DNA of 64,000 bases, taken from contig OZ244070.1 of the NCBI GenBank assembly GCA_965215605.1, forward strand, positions 2,272,001-2,336,000, written 5' to 3'. Positions 21,696 to 33,442 of this stretch are shown piece after piece. The position numbers and the translations under genes were made by a program. This DNA is from an uncultured Candidatus Binatia bacterium. Its GTDB lineage: Bacteria; Desulfobacterota; Binatia; UBA9968; JAJDTQ01. The notes beneath the pieces are model-generated. The model saw nothing but the letters and a program-made list of their open reading frames with translations. It made no database searches and was not told the origin of the DNA. Each line of letters opens with the position of its first letter. Positions within the stretch are counted from its first letter, which is position 1.

Positions 21696-24052
21696 GCCCC
21701 TTTCGCGCGTCCTGCCGGCTTCGGCCGCACCAGCCACGCCCCCAGGGCCGGCAGCAGCACCACCGCGGCGATCATGTTCACCAGGAACATGAACATCAGC
21801 ACGATTCCCATGTCCGCCTGGAACTTGAGCGGGGCGATACACCAGGTGGCCACGCCCGCGGCCAGGGTGAGGCCGGTGAGCACCACGCCGGCGCCGGTGA
21901 TGTTGAGCGTTCGCTCGTAGGCGTCGTCGAAGTCGAGCCCCTGGTCGAGGTGGGTGCGCAGCCTGCCGTAGATGTAGATGGCGTAGTCCACCCCGATCCC
22001 CACCCCCAGGGCCACTACCGGCAGGGTCGAGATCTTGAGCCCGATCTCCAGGATAGCCATGAGCCCGTAGGCCAGCAGCGAGACCGCCGCCAGCGGCAAG
22101 ATGATGCATGCCGTGGCCGGCACCGAGCGGAAGGAGATCAGGCACAGCAGGATGATCCCGGCGAAGACGTAGCCCAGGATCGGGAACTGGGAGGCGTCCA
22201 CCTCCTCGTTGGTGGCTGCCATCACCCCGACGTTGCCGCCGGCGAGCCGGAAGCGGATGCGGTCCAGGGTGTTGCGGCGCTGGAATTCCTTGGTGGCGTC
22301 GACGACGCGCTGGATGGTTTCGGCCTTGTGGTCGGTGGTGTAGATTCGCACCGGCAGCACGCTGCAGTCGTTGTTGATGAGGCCGCTGCTGGTGGGCACC
22401 GGGGAGACGGACTGCACCAGGCTGTAGCGGTTCCGCGGCAGGGTGCGCCACTTGAGATTGCCCTCGTTCCAGCCGGCGTTGATATTGCGGGCCACGCTGG
22501 CGAGGCTCAGTACGGACTGCACGCCGGGCACGTTGCGCACGTGCCAGGTGAACTCGTCCAGGGTAGTGAGCACCTCGTAGTCGATGCAACCGTCCGGCAC
22601 CGTCTCCGCGAACACGGTGAGCATGTCGACGCCGATCTTGAAACGCTCGGTGATGGTGGCGATGTCGCGGTTGTACACCGACTCGGCCCGCAGCTCCGGC
22701 ACCCCCTGATGGCGGTCGCCCACCTCCACCTGCGCCGCGTAGTGCGCCCCCGCCGCCACCAATACCGCCGCCAGGCCCACGGTCACCGCCGCGGGACGCC
22801 GTCGCGCCAACCGCGCCACCCGTGACCACAGCGGTTGCAGCACGCTGTCGCGCGCGGCCGCGCCCCGCCGCTGTGCGTCGCTCATGCGAAAATACGAAAG
22901 CAGCACCGGCAGCAGCGCCAGATTGGTGAGAATGATGGCCACGATGCCCAGGCTGGCGGTGATGGCCGTTTCCCGGATGACCTGCACCTCGATGAACGAG
23001 ATGGTGATGAAGCCCACCGAGTCCGAGGCGAGGGCCACCGCGCCCGGCAGGAGCAGGCGCCGGAAGCTCGCCCGGGCGGCGTCCAGGCCGGCGGCGCCCG
23101 CTACCATCTCGGCGCGCACCGCGCTCACCATCTGCACCCCGTGGCTCACCCCAACCGCGAACACCAGGAACGGCACCAGGATGGACATGGGATCGATGCC
23201 GAAGCCAAGGGCGGTGACCGTGCCGAGCTGCCACACCACCGCCACCAGCGAGCACACCAGCGGCGGGATGGTCAGCCGCACCGACCGCGTGTAGACATAC
23301 ACGAACAGGGCGGTGATGAGGAACGTGATGCCGAAGAACGCGATGACCCGCGCCGCGCCCGCGGCGATGTCCCCCACCAGCTTGGCAAACCCGATGACGT
23401 GCACGTTCACGGCAGCGCTGGTCTGCGCCTTTGCGCGGACTTCTTCGAGCTGCCGCGCCACCTCGATGTAGTCGAGGCGTTGGCCGGTGTTGGGGTCGAA
23501 TTCCTGCAGCCTGCCGCTGACGACGGCGCCGGTGAAATCGTTGGCTACCAGCCGTCCGACGACTCCGGCCTTGATGGCGTTCTCGCGCACCCGTGCGAGG
23601 CCGGCGGCGGTGGGTTTGAAGCCCGCCGGCAACACGTTGCCGGCGATGACGCCGTCCTCCACCACCTCGATGAAGCGTACGTTGGGGGTGAGGATGGAGT
23701 AGACCTGGGTGCGGTCGATGCCCGGCAGGAAGAACATCGCGTCGGTGACCTGTTTCAGCGCGGTGAAGAATTCGGGGGTGAACATGTCGCCTTCGGGCGC
23801 CGTGAGGGCGATCACCACCTGGTCCGCGCTGCCGAACTGGTCCTGGTGCTTGAGGAAGGTCTGCATGTACTCGTGCTTGAGAGGCACGAGCTTGAAGAAG
23901 CCCGCGTCCACCCGCAACTGCGCCGCGTACCACCCCATGACCAGGGTGACGAGGGTGAAGGCGGCGAGCACGAGTTCGCGGCGGCCGAACAGCCACCGTT
24001 CGATGCGGGCCGTGAAAGGGTCGGGCAGCGGGCTTTCGGGTGCGTCCGGCAT
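21692..24052 (-). CDS. RND/MMPL-family transporter
   Basis: 786 aa in two repeats of TM bundle plus periplasmic loop; AVGVSHGVQ and GVGIGVDYAIY motifs. Confidence 0.92.
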   Translation of the reverse strand: MPDAPESPLPDPFTARIERWLFGRRELVLAAFTLVTLVMGWYAAQLRVDAGFFKLVPLKHEYMQTFLKHQDQFGSADQVVIALTAPEGDMFTPEFFTALKQVTDAMFFLPGIDRTQVYSILTPNVRFIEVVEDGVIAGNVLPAGFKPTAAGLARVRENAIKAGVVGRLVANDFTGAVVSGRLQEFDPNTGQRLDYIEVARQLEEVRAKAQTSAAVNVHVIGFAKLVGDIAAGAARVIAFFGITFLITALFVYVYTRSVRLTIPPLVCSLVAVVWQLGTVTALGFGIDPMSILVPFLVFAVGVSHGVQMVSAVRAEMVAGAAGLDAARASFRRLLLPGAVALASDSVGFITISFIEVQVIRETAITASLGIVAIILTNLALLPVLLSYFRMSDAQRRGAAARDSVLQPLWSRVARLARRRPAAVTVGLAAVLVAAGAHYAAQVEVGDRHQGVPELRAESVYNRDIATITERFKIGVDMLTVFAETVPDGCIDYEVLTTLDEFTWHVRNVPGVQSVLSLASVARNINAGWNEGNLKWRTLPRNRYSLVQSVSPVPTSSGLINNDCSVLPVRIYTTDHKAETIQRVVDATKEFQRRNTLDRIRFRLAGGNVGVMAATNEEVDASQFPILGYVFAGIILLCLISFRSVPATACIILPLAAVSLLAYGLMAILEIGLKISTLPVVALGVGIGVDYAIYIYGRLRTHLDQGLDFDDAYERTLNITGAGVVLTGLTLAAGVATWCIAPLKFQADMGIVLMFMFLVNMIAAVVLLPALGAWLVRPKPAGRAKGA

Positions 24053-24058
24053 GGGCGG

Positions 24059-25012
24059 CTAATCGAGGATGGTGTGATACTCCGGCCGGGGAAGGCGCCG
24101 GACGCCGAACTCTCCGGTCAGCAGCACGTCGCCGCCGGCCAGCGGCAGCACCGAGGTGATCCCTTGGCGCGATGGAAGCCGCGTCGCCGATACGCTGCCG
24201 ACGCCGTCCCGGCTGGTGAGCAGGATGCCTTCGAGGCCGGTGATGAGCACCGTTCCGTCCGGCAGACGAACGGCGTTGGTGAGCGTCGCGGTGGTGCCGG
24301 TGGCCACCCGGGTCCAGCTCTCGCCGCCGTCCTCGGAGCGGAACAGATGGCCCCGGAGCCCATGCAGCAGGATCCGGTCCCCGTCGAGCACGAGGGCGCC
24401 GTACCACGAGCCGGCGTAAGGCGAGGGAAGCTCGCGCCACGTGTCGCCGCCGTCGTCGGAACGGTACACGACTCCCGCTTCCGCCGCCATGAACAGCCGT
24501 TCCGGCCCCGCGGGCACGATTTCGTTCAGGTGGAAATCATCCTTGCTGATGGCGCGGGAGGCCCAGGTCTTGCCGCCGTCCCGAGTGGCCAGGAAGTAGC
24601 CGTAGGCCCCAACCGCGAAACCGGTGTCCTTGTCCCGGAACCAGACGTCCAGAAGCGGCCGCTCCTCTTCCGGCGCGCGGTGCATCAGCCGCCAGTCGTT
24701 CCCGCCGTCGTCGGTGCGGAGGATCACCGCATCGTGTCCCACGGCCCAGCCGGTCTTGTGGTCGTGCATGTGCACGGCGGTCAGCAGCGCCCGGGTCGGG
24801 ACCTGTGCCTGTTTCCAGCTTGAACCGCCGTCGTCGGAGAGCAGGATGTATCCGCGCTGGCCCACCACCACCACACGAGGGCCGGCCGCGGCCGCGTCCA
24901 CCAGCAGGGACCTGGCGGCCAGCGGCGCTTCCACCGCAGGCTTGGCGCCGCCGGGGGCCGGCGCGGCGAGACACAGGATCAGGACCGGCAGGAGGGTGTG
25001 GGGCGCGCGGAT
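24059..25012 (-). CDS. YCF48-like beta-propeller (BNR/Asp-box repeats); start uncertain (ATC 25012 or GTG 24934)
   Basis: Repeated S/T-x-D-G-G-x-x-W and GWAVGHDAVIL. A signal-peptide-like stretch lies in frame upstream of 24934. Confidence 0.85.
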   Translation of the reverse strand: MRAPHTLLPVLILCLAAPAPGGAKPAVEAPLAARSLLVDAAAAGPRVVVVGQRGYILLSDDGGSSWKQAQVPTRALLTAVHMHDHKTGWAVGHDAVILRTDDGGNDWRLMHRAPEEERPLLDVWFRDKDTGFAVGAYGYFLATRDGGKTWASRAISKDDFHLNEIVPAGPERLFMAAEAGVVYRSDDGGDTWRELPSPYAGSWYGALVLDGDRILLHGLRGHLFRSEDGGESWTRVATGTTATLTNAVRLPDGTVLITGLEGILLTSRDGVGSVSATRLPSRQGITSVLPLAGGDVLLTGEFGVRRLPRPEYHTILD

Positions 25013-25013
25013 G

Positions 25014-26381
25014 TCACCGCCTCCCCGCGCGTCGCAGGGACGACGGCTTGAAGTCCCGGTCCTTGTACTTGACGTCGTGCGTGCACATCCGGAACTCGTT
25101 GTCGAGGCCGAGGGCGAGGTAGCGTCCGGCCTGCAGATCGTGATGGACCTCCAGGGTCGGCCAGGTCAGCGGCTTTTCGTAGAAGTTGATGACGTGACCC
25201 TCGGACACCCGCCAGAGCTGATCGCGGTTGTCGTAGATGTCCACCAGCAGGATCTGCCAGGAATCCTCGTCGATGTAGAAGGTCCGCCGCTTGTAGATGT
25301 GGCTGGCGCCCTGCTTGAGGGTGGCGTCGACGATCCAGACCCGGTGAAGCTCGTAGCGCAGATGCTCGGGGTTCACGTGCAGCGGCCGGATGAGGTCGTC
25401 GAAGGCGAGCTTGTCGCTGTGCGCCCGGTAGGCGTTGTACGGCACGTACATCTCGCGCTTGCCGGCGAGCTTCCAGTCGTAGCGGTCCACCGCTCCGTTG
25501 AACATGTCGAACTGGTCGGCGGTGCGCAGTCCGTCCGAGGTGGTGCCGGGATTGTCGTAGGCGATGTTGGGCGCGCGCCGCACCCGGCGCTGGCCGGGGT
25601 TGTAGGTCCAGGCCTGCCGCGGCTGGCGCGACGGGTTCATGGCCTCGTGCACCAGCAGGAGACCTCCCGCCAGCCGTGCGGGCGCGGTCACCCGCTGCTT
25701 GAACAGGATCATGGTGTCGCCGAGCTTCTCCACGGTCATGCCCGGCAGGGAGTAGCGGACGTTGACGTCGACGGCGTACTTGACCAAGGTGTAGTCGCCG
25801 CCCCGGGTCACCGCCGCCTGCCCCAGCGTGCAGGACACCGCCTCGCCCCGGTAGCGCAGCAGATGGTTCCAGATCACCTCCAGGCCGTTCCTGGGGATGG
25901 GGAAGGGGATGCCGATGACGGCGCCGTCGACGCCGTTGCCGCCGTCCACGAGCTTGGTCACGGCGGCGATCTTCCGGGTGGCGTCGTAGATGCGCTGCGG
26001 CACCGAGGCGCTGCGCCGGGTCGGGTACACGACCAGCTTGTAGGTCCCGTAGGTCTCCAGCAGGCGCTGGTGCCCGGTGGAGAGCTTGTCCCGGTACTTG
26101 TCGAGGTTGGACTTGTCGATGACGAAGAGCGGCTTGTCGCTTCCGTAGGGGTCGCGGTGGTGCTCGCCGGGCTGGTAGCCCTCCGGCGGCCTGGTGATGC
26201 CCCCGGTCCACTCCGGGATGGCGCCGTCGGCGTTGCCGGCCCGCTCCGCCCCGAGTGGGGTCAGTTCCTTGCCGAGACGCGCGATCTCGTCGGCGGAAAT
26301 CTCGGCGGCCGCAGGGCAGGCAAGGGCCAGCGCCAGGGCCGCGACAGCAGCGATTCGTGAAGTGAGTGCTTTCGTGTTCAT
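25014..26381 (-). CDS. DUF1329 periplasmic protein
   Basis: Signal peptide; LTPLGAERAGNADGAIPEW, IPFPIP, YNPGQRRVRRAP and RYELHRVW motifs. Confidence 0.9.
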   Translation of the reverse strand: MNTKALTSRIAAVAALALALACPAAAEISADEIARLGKELTPLGAERAGNADGAIPEWTGGITRPPEGYQPGEHHRDPYGSDKPLFVIDKSNLDKYRDKLSTGHQRLLETYGTYKLVVYPTRRSASVPQRIYDATRKIAAVTKLVDGGNGVDGAVIGIPFPIPRNGLEVIWNHLLRYRGEAVSCTLGQAAVTRGGDYTLVKYAVDVNVRYSLPGMTVEKLGDTMILFKQRVTAPARLAGGLLLVHEAMNPSRQPRQAWTYNPGQRRVRRAPNIAYDNPGTTSDGLRTADQFDMFNGAVDRYDWKLAGKREMYVPYNAYRAHSDKLAFDDLIRPLHVNPEHLRYELHRVWIVDATLKQGASHIYKRRTFYIDEDSWQILLVDIYDNRDQLWRVSEGHVINFYEKPLTWPTLEVHHDLQAGRYLALGLDNEFRMCTHDVKYKDRDFKPSSLRRAGRR

Positions 26382-26385
26382 GGGT

Positions 26386-28254
26386 TCAGAATGAGTACTT
26401 GAGGGTCGCCGTGATGAAGTCACGGTCCCTGATCTCGCTCCTGTTGCCGCCGTAGGCGGTGTAGCCGATGTTGCCCTCCCAGCGGCTCAGATAGCTTGCC
26501 CGCAGGCCGAGGGTCAGCGCGGTACGTCCTTCCAGGAAGGGACCGATGGGCTGGGGACTGTTTCCCCGGAAGTCGTGCTGGAACTGGACGTAGGGGAAAA
26601 GGTTGGCCGAACCGACGGCGTTGTTGTAGTCGAGCCGCGCCGCCATCCGGTAGCCCATCGAGGTGGAGTCCGACGGCTTCCCCTCGGCGGGGCTCTCCAG
26701 CGGCAGCGCGCTCTTCTCCGGCATGTTGTGGACGTGGAACAACGCTGCTTCGGTCAGGAAGACGAAACCGTCCGCCCCCAGCGTCGGGCCGAACACCCTG
26801 GTCGCCGTGGCCTGGATCTGGCTCACTTGACGCTTGATGTAGCCGCGGATGTCGGCATCGTAGCCGGCGGTGCCGGGAAAACCGCCGTTTTGTATGCACC
26901 CGGCCGAGGTACGTCGCGTAGCGGGCAGTTGATTCCGGACTCCCTCAGGCAGACCATCCACCGCCAGACAATTGGAGAACGGCGCGAGGCCGTCCGTGAT
27001 GAGCTTGGCCTCTTCGATCTGCAAGGGCACGTCGGTGCGGAAGGCGAAGTCACCCTGCAATGCCCAGCCAGACCCGCCGAGCTGCGTGTTGAAACTCACG
27101 CCGTAGAGCTGGATGTCCTCCGGGTATTCGATGAAGTAGTAACCTGAGCCTGCGTACTTGTCGACGCCGTAGGGCACCGCAAGCCCTCCGGTATCGCCTC
27201 CGGAAAGAGAGGGGGTCGTAATGAATTCTTGCGTTTTTGCCCCCAGTGCCGCCAGGCCCGCAAGGGCTCCTGCCTGGTCCCCGGTATGCGCGCGCACCGT
27301 CGGCAGGCGACTGTGGTAGTTGATGAAGTAGAAACCGAATTCCGTGCTGTTCAGGTTCTCGGCGAGGTAGCGCAACGCCACTCCCCCCTGTCCGGCGTCA
27401 CCCGGGTTGCGGTCCCGGCCTCGGGGCACGACCAGGAACTCGGAACCGTCCGGCAGATTGTCACCCAGCCGGGGGGAACCCGGAAGCAGGTTGCGTGCCA
27501 GCAACGCGCGGAGGGTGGGGTCGTTAAGGAATGCCCGGTTGGCGCCGGGTCCCACGTAGTCCGTCGTGGAAAAATAAGTGCCCCCCGGGTCGATCTGGGT
27601 CTTTTCCCAATCGATCTGATAGAAGGCCTCGACCGACAGGTTGTTGGGCAGCTCCACTAACGCCGACACCAGGGGAACGGCTACCAAGGCCTCCCGCAGC
27701 TCCGCTCCGGGCACCCGCAGTTTGCTCACGTCGAACGGGTTGATGGCGTTGATACCGTTCTGGATGAACGTGCTCTCGCCCCAGTTGAGCACGTGCTTGC
27801 CGAGCCGCACGTCCACCGAGGTCTCGCCGAGGTCGAAGCTTCCGGTGACATAGGCATCGAGCAGATCCAGGTCTTTACCCACCAGGTTCTTGGCCGTCGG
27901 GGTCAGCGGTCTGTAGTCCCGCTTGCCCTCCTCGTTCTCGTGGTCGTAGAATCCGCTGGCGCGCAGGAACAGCCCGAGGTTGCGGTAACCGAGCTCGAAA
28001 TCGCTGGTGAACTTGGCGGCGTTGCTGACGATTCCCGTTTCGTAGTTGAGATTTCCGTCGTTGTCGTTGATCTTGGAGGTCAGGTCCTTGTCCTGGTCTT
28101 CGACGCGCACCATCAGGCCGTAGGACAGGGTGGTGTCGAGGCTGGCCTCGACCTCGCCGGAGCTCAGGTCCACCGCCTTGGCCTGCCCGGGCCACAGGAA
28201 GGGGAGCCCGGCGAGCATCGACAAGACAACCAATTGGCAGATACTCTTCAACAT
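26386..28254 (-). CDS. DUF1302 outer-membrane beta-barrel protein
   Basis: Signal peptide; NDGNLNY, WGESTFIQNGIN..NPFD and NYHSRLP motifs; C-terminal DRDF...YSF. Confidence 0.9.
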   Translation of the reverse strand: MLKSICQLVVLSMLAGLPFLWPGQAKAVDLSSGEVEASLDTTLSYGLMVRVEDQDKDLTSKINDNDGNLNYETGIVSNAAKFTSDFELGYRNLGLFLRASGFYDHENEEGKRDYRPLTPTAKNLVGKDLDLLDAYVTGSFDLGETSVDVRLGKHVLNWGESTFIQNGINAINPFDVSKLRVPGAELREALVAVPLVSALVELPNNLSVEAFYQIDWEKTQIDPGGTYFSTTDYVGPGANRAFLNDPTLRALLARNLLPGSPRLGDNLPDGSEFLVVPRGRDRNPGDAGQGGVALRYLAENLNSTEFGFYFINYHSRLPTVRAHTGDQAGALAGLAALGAKTQEFITTPSLSGGDTGGLAVPYGVDKYAGSGYYFIEYPEDIQLYGVSFNTQLGGSGWALQGDFAFRTDVPLQIEEAKLITDGLAPFSNCLAVDGLPEGVRNQLPATRRTSAGCIQNGGFPGTAGYDADIRGYIKRQVSQIQATATRVFGPTLGADGFVFLTEAALFHVHNMPEKSALPLESPAEGKPSDSTSMGYRMAARLDYNNAVGSANLFPYVQFQHDFRGNSPQPIGPFLEGRTALTLGLRASYLSRWEGNIGYTAYGGNRSEIRDRDFITATLKYSF

Positions 28255-28411
28255 AGAGTTGGCCGAATATCATTTTCCGATGTGCGATTCAAGGCAGTAT
28301 TTGCAATCCGCAGGGCTGTTGAATGGACCCGCTGGAACCCGTTGTGTGATGCAGAATCTTGCACACCGTCGCGGCTAATAACTGGAATATAAAAGATATT
28401 TTTGACCAAGC

Positions 28412-29005
28412 ATGCCATATCGACCTCAAGACGGGTTCTTTCGCAAGGCCAAGCGGGAGGGTTACCGCTCGCGGGCGGCATACAAGCTGCTGGAGATCAA
28501 CCAGCGGTTTCGGTTGATCCGGGACGGCCACTCGGTGGTGGACCTGGGGGCGGCGCCGGGCGGGTGGCTCCAGGTGGCGGCCGAGCTTGCCGGCCCCAAG
28601 GGGCGCGTGCTGGGCTTCGACCTGCAGCCGATCCAGCCGGTGGGTGGCGGCAGCGTACGAGCGTACGAGCTGGACGTGCTGGCGCAGGATGCCGCCGAGC
28701 GCATCGGCGGACTCCTCGATGGCCCGGTGGACTGTGTGCTCTCGGACATGGCGCCGCGGCTCTCGGGCATCCGCGACGCGGATCACCAGCGCGCACTGGA
28801 GCTTGCCCGCAAGGCCTGCGCGATCGCCATGGCGGTTCTGAAACCCCGGGGGGCGCTCCTCTTCAAGACGTTTACCGGGGCCGGCGTCGAGGGTCTCGCG
28901 AAGGAGATGTCCGGCCGTTTCCAGTCCGTCCAGCGGGTCCGAGCCGAGGCGACGCGGAAGGGATCGTCCGAGTTCTACGTGGTGGCCAAGGGCTTCAGGC
29001 CCTGA
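28412..29005 (+). CDS. rlmE: 23S rRNA 2'-O-methyltransferase RlmE (FtsJ)
   Basis: YRSRAAYKLLEI, VDLGAAPGGW, LSDMAP and SSEFY motifs. Confidence 0.93.
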   Translation: MPYRPQDGFFRKAKREGYRSRAAYKLLEINQRFRLIRDGHSVVDLGAAPGGWLQVAAELAGPKGRVLGFDLQPIQPVGGGSVRAYELDVLAQDAAERIGGLLDGPVDCVLSDMAPRLSGIRDADHQRALELARKACAIAMAVLKPRGALLFKTFTGAGVEGLAKEMSGRFQSVQRVRAEATRKGSSEFYVVAKGFRP

Positions 29006-29009
29006 CGGC

Positions 29010-30830
<1,821 letters not shown>

Positions 30831-30838
30831 GGAGAGGG

Positions 30839-32230
30839 TCAGGCTTTGCGCTTCCGCGCCCGGTAGCCGTCCACCCAGCCGTCGACGTGCCGTTGCGGGG
30901 CGCGGCTCAGGGCCAGGGCGCCCGCGGGCACGTCCTTGGTGATGGTGGAGCCGGCGCCGATGTAGGCGTCGTCGCCCACCGCCACCGGCGCCACGAGCTG
31001 GGTGTCGCTGCCCACCTGCACCCGGTCCCCGATGATGGTGCGGTGCTTGGCGAAGCCGTCGTAGTTGCAGGTGATGGTGCCCGCGCCGATGTTGGATTCC
31101 CGGCCGAGGTCGGTGTCGCCGATATAGCTCAGATGGCTGGCCTTGGTGCCCTCTCCCACGGACGAATTCTTTACCTCCACGAAGTTCCCTATGTGGACGT
31201 CACGCTGGAGCACGGTGCCCGGACGCAGATGGGCGAAGGGGCCGACGCTGACGCCGTCCTCCAGGTCGCAGCCGTCCATGACCACCGAGAAGCGCAGGTG
31301 GACGTCGTCGGCGAGGCGCGCGTTGGTGAGGTAGGCGCTGCCGTCGATGCGGCAGCGGGCGCCCACGGCGGTGCGTCCCAGAAGGTGGCTGTTGGGGCCG
31401 ATGACGGTGTCCTCGCCGATGGTGACCTCGGCGTCGATGTACGTGCTGTCCGGGTCCTTGAGAGTCACGCCCCGCTCCATCCACTTGCGGTTTACGTCTT
31501 TCTGAAGTGCCTTTTCCATCCAGGCGAGCTCCTCTCTGCCGTTCACGCCACGGAATTCACGCGGGTTGTCGATGGTGACGCTGCCGATGCGGGCCTGCCT
31601 TTCGGCGCCGTACGCGGCGATGTCCGGGAGATAGTATTCCCCCTGGTCGTTGCGGTTGTCGAGGGCCGCCAGGGCCGCCCGAAGAAAGCCCGCCGAGGCC
31701 ACGTAGAGGCCGACGTTGATCTCCCGGACGGCTCTCACCGCGTCGGCGGCGTCCCGTTCCTCCACCACACCGGCAATGTCGCCGTCCGGGCCGCGCAGGA
31801 CCCGGCCGTATCCGGAGGGGTCCGCCAGCGAGGCCACGGCAAGAGTGAGGTCCCGGGCGCCCGAGCGATGCGCCGCCAGCATCCGGGAAAGGGTCCGGCC
31901 GGCCACGAGCGGCACGTCTCCGTTGAGGATCAGCAGGTCGCCGCTGAAATCGCCCAGCGCGTCGGCCCCGCAACGTGCCGCGTGCCCCGTGCCCAATTGC
32001 TCGCGCTGCAGCACCCAGCACGACGGGTCCACACCGGGGTAGGCTTCCCTGATGCGGTCCACGCCGTGGCCCACCACCACCAGCACCCGGTCGGGCTCGA
32101 GTCCGGCGCAGGCGTCGAGGACGTGCGACAACAGCGGTTTGCCGCCCAGAAGATGCAGCACCTTCGGGGTGGCGGACCGCATCCGCTTGCCCTGGCCCGC
32201 GGCCAGGATGATGACTCCGAGCCCCCCCAT
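30839..32230 (-). CDS. glmU: Bifunctional UDP-GlcNAc pyrophosphorylase/acetyltransferase
   Basis: LAAGQGKRM, LGTGHA, hexapeptide repeats and GAGTITCNYDG. Confidence 0.97.
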   Translation of the reverse strand: MGGLGVIILAAGQGKRMRSATPKVLHLLGGKPLLSHVLDACAGLEPDRVLVVVGHGVDRIREAYPGVDPSCWVLQREQLGTGHAARCGADALGDFSGDLLILNGDVPLVAGRTLSRMLAAHRSGARDLTLAVASLADPSGYGRVLRGPDGDIAGVVEERDAADAVRAVREINVGLYVASAGFLRAALAALDNRNDQGEYYLPDIAAYGAERQARIGSVTIDNPREFRGVNGREELAWMEKALQKDVNRKWMERGVTLKDPDSTYIDAEVTIGEDTVIGPNSHLLGRTAVGARCRIDGSAYLTNARLADDVHLRFSVVMDGCDLEDGVSVGPFAHLRPGTVLQRDVHIGNFVEVKNSSVGEGTKASHLSYIGDTDLGRESNIGAGTITCNYDGFAKHRTIIGDRVQVGSDTQLVAPVAVGDDAYIGAGSTITKDVPAGALALSRAPQRHVDGWVDGYRARKRKA

Positions 32231-32314
32231 ACGCAGCGGAAACTATAACTCAAGGGCGGGTCCGTGGCCAGAGAGGCCAGGGTGGCGGCGAAACCGGCGC
32301 CTACAGCGCCCACA

Positions 32315-32343
32315 TTGACAAGCCCGTGATTTTCCAATAACTC
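32315..32343 (+). promoter_or_regulatory. Putative promoter for the small protein-TPR-ferredoxin(-cas) unit
   Basis: Perfect TTGACA, 17-nt spacer, weak -10 (TAACTC) in the divergent intergenic region. Confidence 0.35.
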
Positions 32344-32433
32344 TTACCGTACTTCGAGACCTCCCGCGCCGCCGGAATCCGGCAGCCGCGTGCCGCACGG
32401 GAGTCTCAATACGCTGAAGGTGGTCGAGTTTGT

Positions 32434-32619
32434 ATGGAAGAACATTCGGGCTTGTACTATTTCATGGAGATCGTGACCAAACCCGACAACATTCCCATCG
32501 TGGGCATGCTGATTCTCGTCCTGTTCTTTACCTGGGTCGGCCTGAAGCAAGCGATGAAGAACGACAGGCTGATCGATGAGGGCCGAGAGGACGAAATCTC
32601 TGACCAGATGTGGAAGTAG
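32434..32619 (+). CDS. Small single-pass membrane protein (61 aa)
   Basis: IVTKPDNIPIVGMLILVLFFTWVGLKQA hydrophobic helix; host-like codon usage. Confidence 0.7.
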   Translation: MEEHSGLYYFMEIVTKPDNIPIVGMLILVLFFTWVGLKQAMKNDRLIDEGREDEISDQMWK

Positions 32620-33442
32620 GGGCCGGGGGCCGCGGTTTCTGTCCGTACTGATCGCGGTTGCGATCCTGAGCATTTGCGGAGAAGCGCGTTCCGCCCTGGT
32701 CGACGAAGAGTTGTGGCGGACCGGACGACAGGACTTGGCCGCGGGCCAAGTCCCGGAAGCGTGGGAGAAGTTCGAGAAGTTGCTCGAGCGATACCCGGAA
32801 GAGCCGCAACTGCTGCAGGTCGCCGGCTTGGCGGCCCTCAGGCGGAGCGATCCGGAAACGGCCATCGCCTACGTGAGAAAGGCCGTGGCCCTTGCCCCGG
32901 ATGACGCCGAGGCGCTGACGCTGCTGGGCTGGCTTGAGATGGAGGTGGCCAACGACGTCGACAAGGCCATCGAGTCCTACCGGAGGGCGGCGGCGCTCAA
33001 GCCCGAGGTCCCCGAGGTCCACGACAACCTGGGGGTGGCGCTCAAGCGCAAGGGAGACCTGGAGCCGGCCATCGGGAGCTTCTCGCGCGCGCTGGAGCTG
33101 AAACCGGACTTCGCGCAGGCCGTCGGCAACCGCGGTTGGGCGTTTGTGGAGCAAGGCAAATGGGAGGCGGCCCGGGCCGACTTCGAAAAGGCCCTGGCCC
33201 TCCAGCCCGAGGACGAGGGATCCCTTTACGGCCTTGCCCGGGTGCGCAAGGAGTTGCGCGACTATGAGGGCGCCCAGGCCGCGCTGGCCCGGTTGAGCCG
33301 CGAGTCTCCCAATTTCGTCTACTGGCTCGAATGGGCTACGGTCGGTATCATACGTTACTATTGGGTTTTCCTGTTGCTGGCTTTGGGTTTGTTCTTCCAC
33401 TTCCGGTACAAGGCAAGGAAAAGGGTGAAGGTCGATGGCTGA
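32576..33442 (+). CDS. TPR-repeat protein with N-terminal signal/TM segment and C-terminal TM anchor (start uncertain)
   Basis: Repeated TPR signatures (ALAPDDAEALTLLG, LKPEVPEVHDNLG, LKPDFAQAVGNRG, LQPEDEGSLYGLA). Confidence 0.85.
   Translation: MRAERTKSLTRCGSRGRGPRFLSVLIAVAILSICGEARSALVDEELWRTGRQDLAAGQVPEAWEKFEKLLERYPEEPQLLQVAGLAALRRSDPETAIAYVRKAVALAPDDAEALTLLGWLEMEVANDVDKAIESYRRAAALKPEVPEVHDNLGVALKRKGDLEPAIGSFSRALELKPDFAQAVGNRGWAFVEQGKWEAARADFEKALALQPEDEGSLYGLARVRKELRDYEGAQAALARLSRESPNFVYWLEWATVGIIRYYWVFLLLALGLFFHFRYKARKRVKVDG

Noticed and set aside
26744-26765. 19/22 match of the terminal spacer to the DUF1302 gene, preceded by AAC
   Set aside because: Partial match with a seed mismatch at position 3. 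A 13-nt match to the same spacer also occurs in clpB near 5780, so shared high-GC codon patterns can explain it. Not accepted as self-targeting without a genome-wide statistical test.
28255-28400. Sigma54 promoter for the DUF1302 operon
   Set aside because: A TTGC is present but there is no GG at the -24 position.
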